Shown piece by piece: positions 43,142-51,964 of a DNA stretch of 64,000 nucleotides. The position numbers and the translations under genes were made by a program. The stretch is from a virus. The stretch is taken from IMG/VR virus record IMGVR_UViG_3300020146_000001. One strand, written 5' to 3'. Each line of letters begins with the position of its first letter. The first letter of the stretch is position 1. The notes under the pieces were generated by a model, which was not told where the DNA came from, made no database searches, and saw only the letters and a list, made by a program, of their open reading frames with translations.

Positions 43142-43185
43142 AAAAGACCTGAGACACAGACTCGTTTGAGTCCACATCTCAGGTC
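43142..43185 (-). terminator. Intrinsic terminator after 43244-43573
   Basis: Perfect 9-bp stem GACCTGAGA (43146-43154) / TCTCAGGTC (43177-43185), with an inner GACTC/GAGTC stem. On the minus strand it is followed by CTTTTG. Confidence 0.55.
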
Positions 43186-43243
43186 CGCTGATACCAGCCG
43201 ATTAACCAGATTACCCGGCCAACCTGAAGTTAAATTGTAATCA

Positions 43244-43573
43244 CTACTGCCCGCCTAGCGGGTCAACAATCGGACGCCTTTCGTCCATGTCTGTCATAGC
43301 TTCCGCCTTATCCGTGAATCCAACGAACGGCGGAACGGTTATCGTTATAGGTTCGTGTACCATCCGTTGATAAAGCCGTTCCTGCGATTCCGCATTGGAC
43401 TTCGCAAGGTGCCAGACAGCAAGTAGCAAAACCTCTTCCCTTGTAGCCGCACCGCTCAGATGCAACCGCATTGCGTGACGAACAATCGGGTTATTACTCT
43501 GCATGGCCCACCGCTCAAACTCTTCCGCGGTTTGGGGCATCTGCTCAAATTCTTTAAGATTGATTTCAAACAT
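43244..43573 (-). CDS. Hypothetical protein (109 aa)
   Basis: Co-oriented ORF, 3 nt after the upstream stop. Confidence 0.5.
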   Translation of the reverse strand: MFEINLKEFEQMPQTAEEFERWAMQSNNPIVRHAMRLHLSGAATREEVLLLAVWHLAKSNAESQERLYQRMVHEPITITVPPFVGFTDKAEAMTDMDERRPIVDPLGGQ

Positions 43574-43576
43574 AAC

Positions 43577-43879
43577 CTACGCCGCCCGCTCTCCCTCTTC
43601 ACCCGACAGTATATCAGAATCCGAATCATATCCTACTTCTTTTTGCCACGCTTCTACTAAATCAGCGATTGCCCGAAGGTCTTTAGGCGTCAATGTCCCA
43701 TCGTGCTCATCACCCTTCCGATGTGTTTTTGACGACAGGGGCAACCCGGCGAGCGTAACGTAAGCCAGCGGGCATTTGCAGTTGACCGCACGGCACATCT
43801 TAGCGATTAGAGCATAGCCTTTATGCTTCTTCACCAAATCGAAATAGATGAGCTGTAGTTTTTCTTCCACAGTTACCAT
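43577..43879 (-). CDS. Hypothetical protein (100 aa)
   Basis: Co-oriented ORF. Confidence 0.5.
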   Translation of the reverse strand: MVTVEEKLQLIYFDLVKKHKGYALIAKMCRAVNCKCPLAYVTLAGLPLSSKTHRKGDEHDGTLTPKDLRAIADLVEAWQKEVGYDSDSDILSGEEGERAA

Positions 43880-43884
43880 CCGGC

Positions 43885-44124
43885 CTATTCCCCAACGTTG
43901 GCAGGCAGTTTATTTACCCGCGCAAAGTAAGCATCCTTCAGCTCGGCAGCCCATCCGTACTCAGTGTTAAGCATTAGCTTGCCTTCACGCTCATAATATG
44001 AGCCCGAATAGTATTCGCGCCCATGTTCGGTGACGAATGACCATAAGCACCATTCGCCCGGCCGCGGGTTGTAGATGGCTTGATTGCCCGACTCGAACTT
44101 TATCCATTCCGTTGCTGCGTACAT
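43885..44124 (-). CDS. Hypothetical protein (79 aa)
   Basis: Co-oriented ORF. Confidence 0.5.
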   Translation of the reverse strand: MYAATEWIKFESGNQAIYNPRPGEWCLWSFVTEHGREYYSGSYYEREGKLMLNTEYGWAAELKDAYFARVNKLPANVGE

Positions 44125-44155
44125 CTCTTTTTGTTCCGCCCCCTCCCCCCCAAAA

Positions 44156-44509
44156 TCAAAACCCGAGCATCGTTAAAGCGTCTTCCTCGTCCTCAATAAC
44201 CCAGTAAGGTACGCCGCCCGCCTCAACCTGCGCCTTGCGCTTCGACTCCGTGTCAGTCAGCTTCCGGGCCGAGCGCGTCAGACGGCCATTCTTGATTTCA
44301 ACGATGTAGACTTTCCCGCGATGAATCACCAGCCCGTCAAAGCCGATTGACGGATCGCCGGAAGTAGGTATCCAGGCCGCGCCGACTTTACGCAGGGCTT
44401 TGACTATCTCGGGCTGGTTAGCGTCTATCCGTTTCGGCATCCGTTCTCTCGCTTCGGGGGGTACGCCCAAAAACTCACACGACACTGAATAGGCTAACAA
44501 GTCGCTCAC
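44156..44509 (-). CDS. PD-(D/E)XK nuclease (VRR-NUC / resolvase-like)
   Basis: 117 aa. GFDGLVIHRGKVYIVEIKNG contains the D...(E)xK catalytic arrangement. Confidence 0.55.
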   Translation of the reverse strand: MSDLLAYSVSCEFLGVPPEARERMPKRIDANQPEIVKALRKVGAAWIPTSGDPSIGFDGLVIHRGKVYIVEIKNGRLTRSARKLTDTESKRKAQVEAGGVPYWVIEDEEDALTMLGF

Positions 44510-44510
44510 T

Positions 44511-44774
44511 TCACATTGTCAGTACCATGTCAGCAAAGCGCGCCCGCTCGTCTTCATTCATCGGCCGAGTCGTTTCCTTCGGGAAGCGCACGCCGTGAAT
44601 GCCAAGCCCCGCCAGCCAATGCCCTACGTAGCAATCGCCGTCCTCACCATCTATGACAGCGTAGTCAGCCTTAGAGAAGGTGTCTAGCTTGTCCTCTTCG
44701 CCTGCCATGCCGTAGTAACAGGCGGTCGCCATCATCACAGTGTCGGCTTCGGGTTTAGGTAATATTACTGACAT
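44511..44774 (-). CDS. Hypothetical acidic protein (87 aa)
   Basis: Preceded by the conserved leader GTAACCAAACAAAAACAGGAGAAAT. Confidence 0.5.
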   Translation of the reverse strand: MSVILPKPEADTVMMATACYYGMAGEEDKLDTFSKADYAVIDGEDGDCYVGHWLAGLGIHGVRFPKETTRPMNEDERARFADMVLTM

Positions 44775-44837
44775 CCTAATTTCTCCTGTTTTTGTTTGGT
44801 TACGGGCGGGGCCGATTCCCGAGACCCCGAAATGGTT

Positions 44838-45233
44838 TTATGCCGAAAGCTTCTCAAACGCTTTTTTGATTAACGCTTGCACGGCTTCCTCTTCCGTGTC
44901 GTAACCGCTGACGCGCAGTTCGAAGCTATCAGGCGTCGTCTCCCCGTCCGGCATAAAGTAAGCAAACCAGCCGCCCTCATCTGAGCACTCATTCGTGTGA
45001 ATGAACTTGTCGAAGATTGAAAGCCGCGCCTCTGCCTTCCACGCGCGCCGCGCCCACGTATGGCGATTCAAGGTCAGACAAGGTATGCACTCCCAGACCG
45101 TGCCGACGTGGCAAATGGCGTCCGGCTTGCCGGCGTTAGGGTGCGGATTCTTTGACTTCGGCTCCCCGCAGAAAGAGCAGACCGGCACGTCGGACGCTCG
45201 CGCCTTTTCGATCAATTCCTTTTCCGTAATCAC
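44838..45233 (-). CDS. Hypothetical Cys-rich protein (131 aa)
   Basis: GTG start preceded by the conserved leader GTAACCAAACACAGGAGAAAT. Contains CSFCG...CIPC. Confidence 0.5.
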   Translation of the reverse strand: MITEKELIEKARASDVPVCSFCGEPKSKNPHPNAGKPDAICHVGTVWECIPCLTLNRHTWARRAWKAEARLSIFDKFIHTNECSDEGGWFAYFMPDGETTPDSFELRVSGYDTEEEAVQALIKKAFEKLSA

Positions 45234-45289
45234 CTTGATTTCTCCTGTGTTTGGTTACGGCGGCCCCGGAAACAATTAAGCCGCCTAAC

Positions 45290-45439
45290 TCAATTAACGA
45301 CATGCGCCCATCGGCCTTTAGGGTCAAACCTCTCGCGCCGTTCGAGGGCGAAGATAAAGCCCATCGCCTTGCCCCAACTCGGAAAGAGTATGAAGCCTTT
45401 CATGCCGCCATCTTTGAATGCGACCCCTACATTGTTCAT
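45290..45439 (-). CDS. Small hypothetical protein (49 aa)
   Basis: Below the track cutoff. ATG 45439 is preceded by GTAACAAATCAGGAGAGAT. Product is MNNVGVAFKDGGMKGFILFPSWGKAMGFIFALERRERFDPKGRWAHVVN. Confidence 0.4.
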   Translation of the reverse strand: MNNVGVAFKDGGMKGFILFPSWGKAMGFIFALERRERFDPKGRWAHVVN

Positions 45440-45630
45440 CTCATCTCTCCTGATTTGTTACGACGGGAGCCGGGAATCATTATTCCCAGTCTGACGCCCG
45501 GCCCCCTTTGTTCTCCCCTCCACCACTGAACCCGTCAGTGGCCCCGGTTACTTCTTAACTGGCAGTGGACGAGGTAAGCGGGTCGCTTCCCTTTTGCCAG
45601 TCCTCCCTTAATGAACAGGAGGGGAGAAAA

Positions 45631-45825
45631 TCAAGCCACCATTTCAATCACCGTCGGCACGTAGAGAGATTGATACTCCCGCTCAAATGTTTCGCGCATG
45701 AGCGCCCCTTTGCGGAGTGAACGTAAGTCCTCGACCTCACCCGCCAGCCTGTCGCGCTCCGATTCGAGCTGTGCGAGTCGGGCGAGTTTGGAGTCGATCT
45801 GCCGCTTGTATTCCTCTGAACCCAT
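45631..45825 (-). CDS. Small coiled-coil protein (64 aa)
   Basis: First minus-strand gene left of the divergent promoter region. GGGGGAGAAATAGAAG lies upstream. Confidence 0.45.
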   Translation of the reverse strand: MGSEEYKRQIDSKLARLAQLESERDRLAGEVEDLRSLRKGALMRETFEREYQSLYVPTVIEMVA

Positions 45826-45922
45826 CTTCTATTTCTCCCCCGATTTCAGACCAGCGGCGCGCCAAGACGAACCACAGGTGAACGATTCCCCGAAAATAAT
45901 TCTTGAATTTAAGCGATTTCTC

Positions 45923-45952
45923 TTGACAACCCATCGTCGTTGGGTTTATTAT
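45923..45952 (+). promoter_or_regulatory. Sigma70-type promoter for the plus-strand island
   Basis: TTGACA at 45923-45928 and TATTAT at 45947-45952 (18-nt spacer; TTATTA gives 17). It lies 60 nt upstream of ATG 46013, which has a GGAG RBS. Confidence 0.5.
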
Positions 45953-46012
45953 CCCTGTGTCGTTGGGGAAGAGTTCTTGAGACCCTGACGAGAAGGTGTA
46001 GGAGATACGAAA

Positions 46013-46330
46013 ATGGCTTGGACAATCAAAATAACGAGGCAGCAAATCACGGACAACGCGATGGTCGTTCGCTCGATTCTGGGCAAGGACGTTGAGACCA
46101 TCAGCTACTCTGTGACCGAAACTGAGCCCGCACCTAGAACACTTGACGCGGAAACCGGCAAGTATCGTATGGCCCGTGTAGTAAGCGGCAAGAGCACGCA
46201 AGAGTGGATTGAGCACGGCACGGAGTTGTGCCACAGCCGCGAAGAATACAACGCGATTCACGGCACAAAGGATTTGGAATTGACGCTTGACTACCTGGGC
46301 AGTCTGACGGCAATTAAGGAGGTGGAATAA
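46013..46330 (+). CDS. Hypothetical protein (105 aa), island gene 1
   Basis: RBS is GTAGGAGATACGAAA. On the strand opposite to all neighbours. Confidence 0.55.
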   Translation: MAWTIKITRQQITDNAMVVRSILGKDVETISYSVTETEPAPRTLDAETGKYRMARVVSGKSTQEWIEHGTELCHSREEYNAIHGTKDLELTLDYLGSLTAIKEVE

Positions 46331-46660
46331 ATGACCACAATTAATCTGGGAAACGGTGGTCAGTACGTGAACGGCCACACCTACTACGACTTCAAGCCTT
46401 ACAGGGGCAACGACGTGGGTGGCTCTTACAGGAGAGTTGATATTCCCGGAGTCGGTAGGCGGGTGTGGGCGCGGCTGGAAGATAGGGGTGAAGACGAAAC
46501 AGGGCGCACCGTCGGCAAAGGCGGAGACAGCGTGGTGCTTCCTCGCTACTCGGTCTGCGTGATTGGCTGGGGCAGCGACACGATTAACAGCGAACTTCAC
46601 CTTGACGGCGACGAAATGGACGCCGCGCTGTTTGCCAGGCTCAAATCGGAATTGTCGTAA
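46331..46660 (+). CDS. Hypothetical protein (109 aa), island gene 2
   Basis: The ATG directly abuts the TAA of gene 1. GGAGGTGGAA lies upstream. Confidence 0.55.
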   Translation: MTTINLGNGGQYVNGHTYYDFKPYRGNDVGGSYRRVDIPGVGRRVWARLEDRGEDETGRTVGKGGDSVVLPRYSVCVIGWGSDTINSELHLDGDEMDAALFARLKSELS

Positions 46661-46736
46661 GAGTTTGAAAGGGCGTGCCGCGAATCCAACTCGTAGCGCG
46701 CCCTTTCTCTGTTCGTAAAAACAGGAGATACGAACT

Positions 46737-47003
46737 GTGTCAAATCCTACCACAGAAAAAGAACTGGTCGGTAAATTCGTCCTCTGGGCAGCCTCCCTCG
46801 AAGACGGTCGCGGCACGCTCTGTTCGCCTGAGCACGTCGAAGCGATCAAGGCGGCCGCCGAGCGCCTCGTCAGACAGATGCAGGCAACGGCACGAGCCGG
46901 CCGTGCAACGTCCGAGCGCAAGGCCGAGGCCGCACGAGAGAACGCCAAACGGGGCGGCGCACCGAAGGGGAACCGCAACGCAACCCGGAAAGGAGAAAAG
47001 TAA
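46737..47003 (+). CDS. Hypothetical protein with a basic GGAPKGNRNATRKG tail (88 aa), island gene 3
   Basis: ACAGGAGATACGAAC RBS (nearly the same leader as gene 1). Confidence 0.5.
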   Translation: MSNPTTEKELVGKFVLWAASLEDGRGTLCSPEHVEAIKAAAERLVRQMQATARAGRATSERKAEAARENAKRGGAPKGNRNATRKGEK

Positions 47004-47174
47004 GTGACCGCCGAAGCCAAAGAAGCAATCGTCAAAGAACTGGAACGCCTCGCCCTGGAGCTAATCAATACTTCCCGCAACCTCTCCTCGCCCAAGAAGG
47101 CGGAAGGGTACGGCGAGTGCGTGCAGCGCATTAACAAGCGCAAGGAAGAAATTCTGTGGTCTAAGACGGATTGA
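47004..47174 (+). CDS. Small helical protein (56 aa), island gene 4
   Basis: Below the track cutoff. GTG 47004 lies 1 nt after the upstream TAA, with AAGGAG 8 nt upstream. TGA at 47172-47174. Confidence 0.4.
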   Translation: MTAEAKEAIVKELERLALELINTSRNLSSPKKAEGYGECVQRINKRKEEILWSKTD

Positions 47175-47202
47175 CTCAACTCGTCACCTCGAATAAAGGT
47201 TC

Positions 47203-47219
47203 GCCCCCGCCGGGGCTTT
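47203..47219 (+). terminator. Intrinsic terminator closing the plus-strand island
   Basis: GCCCC (47203-47207), loop cgcc, GGGGC (47212-47216), then TTT. Confidence 0.5.
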
Positions 47220-47230
47220 CGCTGCCCGTT

Positions 47231-47254
47231 ACTCATTCACCGCAGAAGGTAAAA
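47231..47254. repeat. 24-nt element ACTCATTCACCGCAGAAGGTAAAA, copy 1
   Basis: 22 of 24 nt are identical to 54397-54420. Both copies lie just 3' of a minus-strand gene stop. Confidence 0.6.
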
Positions 47255-47309
47255 GGCTGATTAAGAAAATTACGAGAACTCATTCCGCGCGCTCCGATGA
47301 AACCCTCTT

Positions 47310-47741
47310 TCATGTTGAAGGCTGCTCAACTCTAAACTTCGGGTCATGAATCAACCTGTTAGCATCAACGCATTTCTTACATCGCCGCCGTGCCGTTCCT
47401 GTTTTCCTTCCGCCGCACTGGACGCAAGTATCTGAGCGGGTTTTAGGCTCGGCACTTCTGCCCCGATTGCAGGTCGCACAAGAGGGGATAAGGTTGCGCG
47501 GCTCGTTAGTCCCACCGTTACGCAGTTCGAAGTAGTGGTCAACGGTAGCAAGTAGCAGTTGCCTCCTAAAGCCATTGATGCTCACCGTCACAAAGGTGTG
47601 GCCGACTTTCAGAATATTCTGCGGCGGAATCATGTTGAGCCAGTAGACTGTTTCCCCGCACCACATACATTGCGTGCAGAGTTCGCCGCGCCTTTGAAGC
47701 TTCTTTCTGGCACGCCTTTGTGAGCCCCCGTTTTGACTCAT
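47310..47741 (-). CDS. HNH endonuclease
   Basis: 143 aa. ATVDHYFELRNGGTNEPRNLIPSCATCN contains the H-N-H core, plus flanking Cys pairs. Confidence 0.8.
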   Translation of the reverse strand: MSQNGGSQRRARKKLQRRGELCTQCMWCGETVYWLNMIPPQNILKVGHTFVTVSINGFRRQLLLATVDHYFELRNGGTNEPRNLIPSCATCNRGRSAEPKTRSDTCVQCGGRKTGTARRRCKKCVDANRLIHDPKFRVEQPST

Positions 47742-47750
47742 CTCTTACGC

Positions 47751-48149
47751 TTACGCTCCCGCAGTTTCTTGCCCTGCTCCTGCTTCAAGCGATTCTGCTT
47801 CCTCCGCCGGAGGTAGCGCAGATTCTTGTTTCAAAGTTTCTTTTTCATCGAGAATCCCCCTGATACCAGCCCAGCGATTGTTTCTGCCCTCTATCGCAAG
47901 TTCAATATTTTCGACTCGCATAAGTACGTCCATCATGGTTTCGCTGACTGAGTTAATTGGCCCGGACATGAAAGCGCCATTGCAGCGAATCCCGGCGTCA
48001 TGCAGCCTCTTGCAAATGCAACTCGGGCAGAGAAGCCCGCCGTCGTTCTTCGTGGGCGAAATCTCTTTCCAGGCCCAAAACGGTATCAACAAGTCGGGGA
48101 ATCCATGCTCATCCCCGTAAGGTCTCTGACAATCAAAGCAGCCTGCCAT
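47751..48149 (-). CDS. Hypothetical Cys-rich protein (132 aa)
   Basis: Start at MAGCFDC, with GGAAGGG upstream. Contains CFDC...CPSCIC. Confidence 0.5.
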   Translation of the reverse strand: MAGCFDCQRPYGDEHGFPDLLIPFWAWKEISPTKNDGGLLCPSCICKRLHDAGIRCNGAFMSGPINSVSETMMDVLMRVENIELAIEGRNNRWAGIRGILDEKETLKQESALPPAEEAESLEAGAGQETAGA

Positions 48150-48301
48150 CTTATTTACCCTTCCGCGCTGTTTGCGCTCCAAATTGATTCAAGTAACTTG
48201 ACTTTCAAACCCTGACCTCCCGCCAATCGCCCCGTCATATCCCCTACGTCTCACTTTTTTCGTCCGTAGCTACATCGGCAGAGAGAAAGCCGACGACGTT
48301 T

Positions 48302-49108
48302 TCATGCCGCGCGTTCCCAAATCAAATCTTTGACGCTCGACTCAATTAGCAATGCGTCACCGCCCAAATTAACGAAGGCTCTCATGTCCTTACAGGGAGG
48401 CGTCCATAAGCAAGATGAGACGGGCAATTTACTTCTGAGCTTCGCCGCACCACGTAGGCCCGGCTCGTCGTTGTCCGCGACGATCACGGCCCGGCTGACT
48501 TTCTTGGCACGGATGAACTGGGCAATCATGTCCTCACAACCCAAGCAGGAGGGGCGGCCAATGGCGTATAAACCGATAGACAACGCTGCCGCACAATCTG
48601 TCGGACCTTCAACGATGTAAAGAGTCTTCTGTGGGTCCACTTCGGGAATGAACAGACCTTGCTTACTTCCTTTGACCGCCCACTTTTGCCCTTCGTCGTT
48701 TCTGAGGCGTATGCCTATTATCCTGCTCTCGCTGTCTTTCATGGGAAAGGCCCAGGCGCGACCATTCCAGGCGCAACCCAGCGCGCACAGGGCGTCGGCG
48801 GAAACGCCGAGCGATTGGGCTAAAGTATTCAAGCGTTCATAATTGGTCGCCTCGAACCAGCGGAGCCACATCGGGCCAACCTCGGCGGGCTTCTCATCAA
48901 CAACCTTCTTGGGCGGAACGTACAGGCGGGGCGCACTGCCATCCCTCCGGTGAATCCACCCGCCCATACTGTTCGTGCTGGGCCAATCACTCTCTACTCT
49001 CATGCAGAGTATCAAGTCGGCTTCAGGCGCGTAGTCGCAGAAGTCCGGCTTGCCGCAAATCTGGCAAGGGTCTTTCTTAGTAACCCGAACCCACCTATAC
49101 TTATTCAC
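48302..49108 (-). CDS. Toprim-domain primase-like protein with an N-terminal Zn finger
   Basis: 268 aa. Contains CQICGKPDFC, the Toprim Glu in LYIVEGPTDCAA, and DxD in VIVADNDEPG. Confidence 0.75.
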   Translation of the reverse strand: MNKYRWVRVTKKDPCQICGKPDFCDYAPEADLILCMRVESDWPSTNSMGGWIHRRDGSAPRLYVPPKKVVDEKPAEVGPMWLRWFEATNYERLNTLAQSLGVSADALCALGCAWNGRAWAFPMKDSESRIIGIRLRNDEGQKWAVKGSKQGLFIPEVDPQKTLYIVEGPTDCAAALSIGLYAIGRPSCLGCEDMIAQFIRAKKVSRAVIVADNDEPGLRGAAKLRSKLPVSSCLWTPPCKDMRAFVNLGGDALLIESSVKDLIWERAA

Positions 49109-50832
49109 GCCACCCGCCTCCAGCCATTATTGGCAAGCTGACTAATAAGCCTTGACGCCTCGTCTCGCGTGAAGTTCTGAGCATTTACATAACCATGCTT
49201 CTGCAACAGAGCTGCTTGCTTAATCGAACAAAGATTGTTCTTCCAACGATAGAATTGATGGTCAATAATCTGCTTGGCTTGCGCGTAGGGCATTCCGTCA
49301 GGGTCAATACCTTGTTTCAGCAATAATCCCCTTTGCTTCTCTGACAACACTTTGTCCTTGTGCCAACCACGCTCACGCATCGGGGTCAGATGGAAGACAT
49401 CAAAAGGACTAACCGTGTGAACACTGAATTGCGCTTTGGCAACCACCTTCGCGCGCCGCGCCATTTCGCGCTGCCTACGTTCTTCCTCTTCCCGTCTAAT
49501 TGCCGCTTCCGCCTCTTCAAGTTCCCTCGCCATATCAACGGGCCGACCTTCCCGTTTGGCCCTCTCTACGGCTCTCTCAACTGCCGCCTCCGACACCTTC
49601 CCGCCTAAAATATCAGCGGTCGTCATTAGCTTGTGCTTGCCAGAGTTTCCTACGAAATCAAGAATGAGCGCGGCCGGTTTAGGACTCTCCGCTATGGCAA
49701 TTTTTCTATCCTCCGCCTCTTCCCAGGCGTCCACTAAATTGCCCAAAGGTCGCAAGGCTCGTCCGATGATTTGAGCATAAAGACAGCGTGATTTTGTGGG
49801 CCGGGCCTGTACAATTACTTCAACCCCGGCCTCATCGTAGCCTTCGGTCAGCACTCCAACATTGCAGAGGACTTGAATCTTGCGCTGGGAAAAATCTTGA
49901 AGAATCTTGAACCGCTTGTCCTTGGGTGTTTCTCCGCAAACCCAGTCAGCCATCCCCGGCCTGTGCCTGTTGAATATCTCGGCCAGGCGTTCGGCCTGCT
50001 TAACGCTGACAGTAAAGGCGAGCGTTTGACGATTGCCGATAATCTCTATTGACGCCCCGGCGACGCCTTGTAAATTCTGCTCGGCCTCCATTACCGCCGC
50101 GAGGTCCGCGCCGTTCAAATCCCCCCTCGTAGTCCCCACGTGCGAAAAATCGAGCCCTTCAATATTCACCATCTGTTGCTCAACTGGCACGAGCCAGCCG
50201 TCATTGATGGCGTCAAGAATTTCATAGTCATAGGCCACGCTCTGAAAAACCTGGCCCAGTGCTTCCTCATCGGCCCTGTCTGGCGTGGCGGTCACGCCGA
50301 GAATTTTCAGGTTTGGATTTTTACGATAGTAGTCAAGGACTCTTCGGAAAGACGCCGCCGTGTAGTGATGAGCCTCGTCGGCCACAACCAGCCCGAAGTC
50401 GTAAGGATCGAAGCAAGACATCCGACCTTTACCGTTACGCCCGGCGTTCTGTGTTTGAACTGTTGAGACAACTACAGGCGCACGTTCCCAAGCTTGCTCA
50501 TTGGCGTACTGGTCGGCCATCTCAATGCTGGCCTCTATGCCAAAACCCCAGAGCTTTCGAACGGCCTGCGTGATGAGTTCCGAGCGGTGTGCTAAGACTA
50601 TCGCCCGCTGCGGCTGCATACGCCTGATGATTTCGCAGAAAGTAATGGTCTTGCCCGTCCCAGTAGGGCAAACAACCAGCGTACTGTCGTGCTCAGTCCA
50701 CGCCTCGAACACGGCGTCCACCGCTGTCGCCTGATAAGGTCTTAGTTGCATGATTCGTATCAATCTGCATAAAGACCTTCCTGTAAGTCTGACCTGAACT
50801 GTTTTCGGCCCGCAGGCAATGTCAGGATTCAC
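49105..50832 (-). CDS. SF2 DEAD/DEAH-box (ResIII-type) helicase
   Basis: 575 aa. Motif I is CPTGTGKT, motif II is VVADEAHH and motif III is GVTATP. GTG start with a GAGGA RBS. Confidence 0.85.
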   Translation of the reverse strand: MNPDIACGPKTVQVRLTGRSLCRLIRIMQLRPYQATAVDAVFEAWTEHDSTLVVCPTGTGKTITFCEIIRRMQPQRAIVLAHRSELITQAVRKLWGFGIEASIEMADQYANEQAWERAPVVVSTVQTQNAGRNGKGRMSCFDPYDFGLVVADEAHHYTAASFRRVLDYYRKNPNLKILGVTATPDRADEEALGQVFQSVAYDYEILDAINDGWLVPVEQQMVNIEGLDFSHVGTTRGDLNGADLAAVMEAEQNLQGVAGASIEIIGNRQTLAFTVSVKQAERLAEIFNRHRPGMADWVCGETPKDKRFKILQDFSQRKIQVLCNVGVLTEGYDEAGVEVIVQARPTKSRCLYAQIIGRALRPLGNLVDAWEEAEDRKIAIAESPKPAALILDFVGNSGKHKLMTTADILGGKVSEAAVERAVERAKREGRPVDMARELEEAEAAIRREEEERRQREMARRAKVVAKAQFSVHTVSPFDVFHLTPMRERGWHKDKVLSEKQRGLLLKQGIDPDGMPYAQAKQIIDHQFYRWKNNLCSIKQAALLQKHGYVNAQNFTRDEASRLISQLANNGWRRVA

Positions 50833-50882
50833 CGCTTGTCCTCGGGTTGATCAGACCTGAGTAAGCGGGCCGAATATGGAAA

Positions 50883-51770
50883 TCAGGATTTAATGCTTTT
50901 CGCCCTTATCTCTTTCGTCTCTTTTGGCACCCATTGCTCGTAACCAAATTTGCTTATAAACCCGCGTTGTTTACATAAGGTGCACTTCTTTCTATTTCGC
51001 CCGTTGCACGTCGGACAAACCGCATACGGCAAAACTCTTTCAAGGGTGCTCCAAGCGTTTTTCAAATCGGCTGTTGTAGAATTAGTTATTTCGCGGAAGG
51101 ATAGCTCACCCTTCTCTATCGCCTTTTCGACGGTGAGCTTTATCTTGTGAAGTTGTTTTAAGGTTTCGCTGAAAGATTCAGCGGCTTGCCAGTCTTCTAA
51201 AATTTCAACGGGAATTGGATAGCCTGTTTTATCTTTGGGCTGTTCAGGCTCAACAACCGCCTTCGACTTCTCAGCCTTCGATCTCATCTCTTTGGCGACG
51301 GCGTTGACGGTCTTCTCGCCGCGCTCTACTTTCTCAACCTCTTCCTTCGGCGCTTCCTCTAAAACCTCCTTAGCAGTTGCCACACTGCGCGGGCTGACCT
51401 TCAATTCCTTTGCAGCCTGCTTGCGTGATACTTTGGATTCCGATTCTTTGTCGGGCCTTCCTGGCCTTAAGGATTCAATCTTTGCGGCAATCATGGCACG
51501 CTGGCTTGTAGTCAAATGCCGACGGTGGACATTGGCGGAAATGATGAAAGCGAGTGGATCACCGTTGCCGTTGAAGTCCTTAAACCGCGGCTCGACTCCG
51601 GCAATCGCGCACGCCTTGTAGCGGTTTCTTCCGTCCAGAATCTTGTCCCCAAGCAAGGTGATCGGCGCGCGCTGACCATTCTCCTTGATATCCTGCGCCA
51701 GTTCTTTCAAGTCAGCATCGGACATCATCGGAAGTATTGAAGCCAATTCATGTTCTTCGTATTTCTGCAT
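50883..51770 (-). CDS. ParB-like nuclease-domain protein with a C-terminal Zn ribbon
   Basis: ParB N-terminal signature is PITLLGDKILDGRNRYKAC. The C-terminus is CPTCNG...CTLC. Start set at MQKYEE (AGGAG 9 nt upstream). Confidence 0.7.
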   Translation of the reverse strand: MQKYEEHELASILPMMSDADLKELAQDIKENGQRAPITLLGDKILDGRNRYKACAIAGVEPRFKDFNGNGDPLAFIISANVHRRHLTTSQRAMIAAKIESLRPGRPDKESESKVSRKQAAKELKVSPRSVATAKEVLEEAPKEEVEKVERGEKTVNAVAKEMRSKAEKSKAVVEPEQPKDKTGYPIPVEILEDWQAAESFSETLKQLHKIKLTVEKAIEKGELSFREITNSTTADLKNAWSTLERVLPYAVCPTCNGRNRKKCTLCKQRGFISKFGYEQWVPKETKEIRAKSIKS

Positions 51771-51940
51771 CTCACACATCTCCTACATTCCTGACCAACG
51801 GTTGGGAGCTGAGTGGTAGGTAAACCTACCCCGTGCAGGCTTACCCACCTGAAGCTGAAAACCTGACCAATCGGCGGTCGCTTCGCGGCAGTGCCGGTTC
51901 TCTCGCACGGATTGACGGGCTGCTACTACCCGCCGGGCCG

Positions 51941-51964
51941 AAAAGATGCAAATTTGCATCTTTT
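51941..51964. terminator. Perfect 24-bp palindrome AAAAGATGCAAATTTGCATCTTTT. It has bidirectional terminator architecture, or it could be a protein-binding site.
   Basis: The GATGCA/TGCATC stem is flanked by an A4 tract on one side and a T4 tract on the other. It lies in the 328-bp non-coding gap between the HNH and ParB-like genes. Confidence 0.5.

Noticed and set aside
45737-47236. 499-aa minus-strand ORF, the longest ORF in this part of the window
   Set aside because: It runs antisense to four compact plus-strand genes that have their own promoter, SD sequences and terminator. Its product is Arg/Ala/Ser-rich low-complexity sequence typical of antisense frames in GC-rich DNA. No RBS is present.
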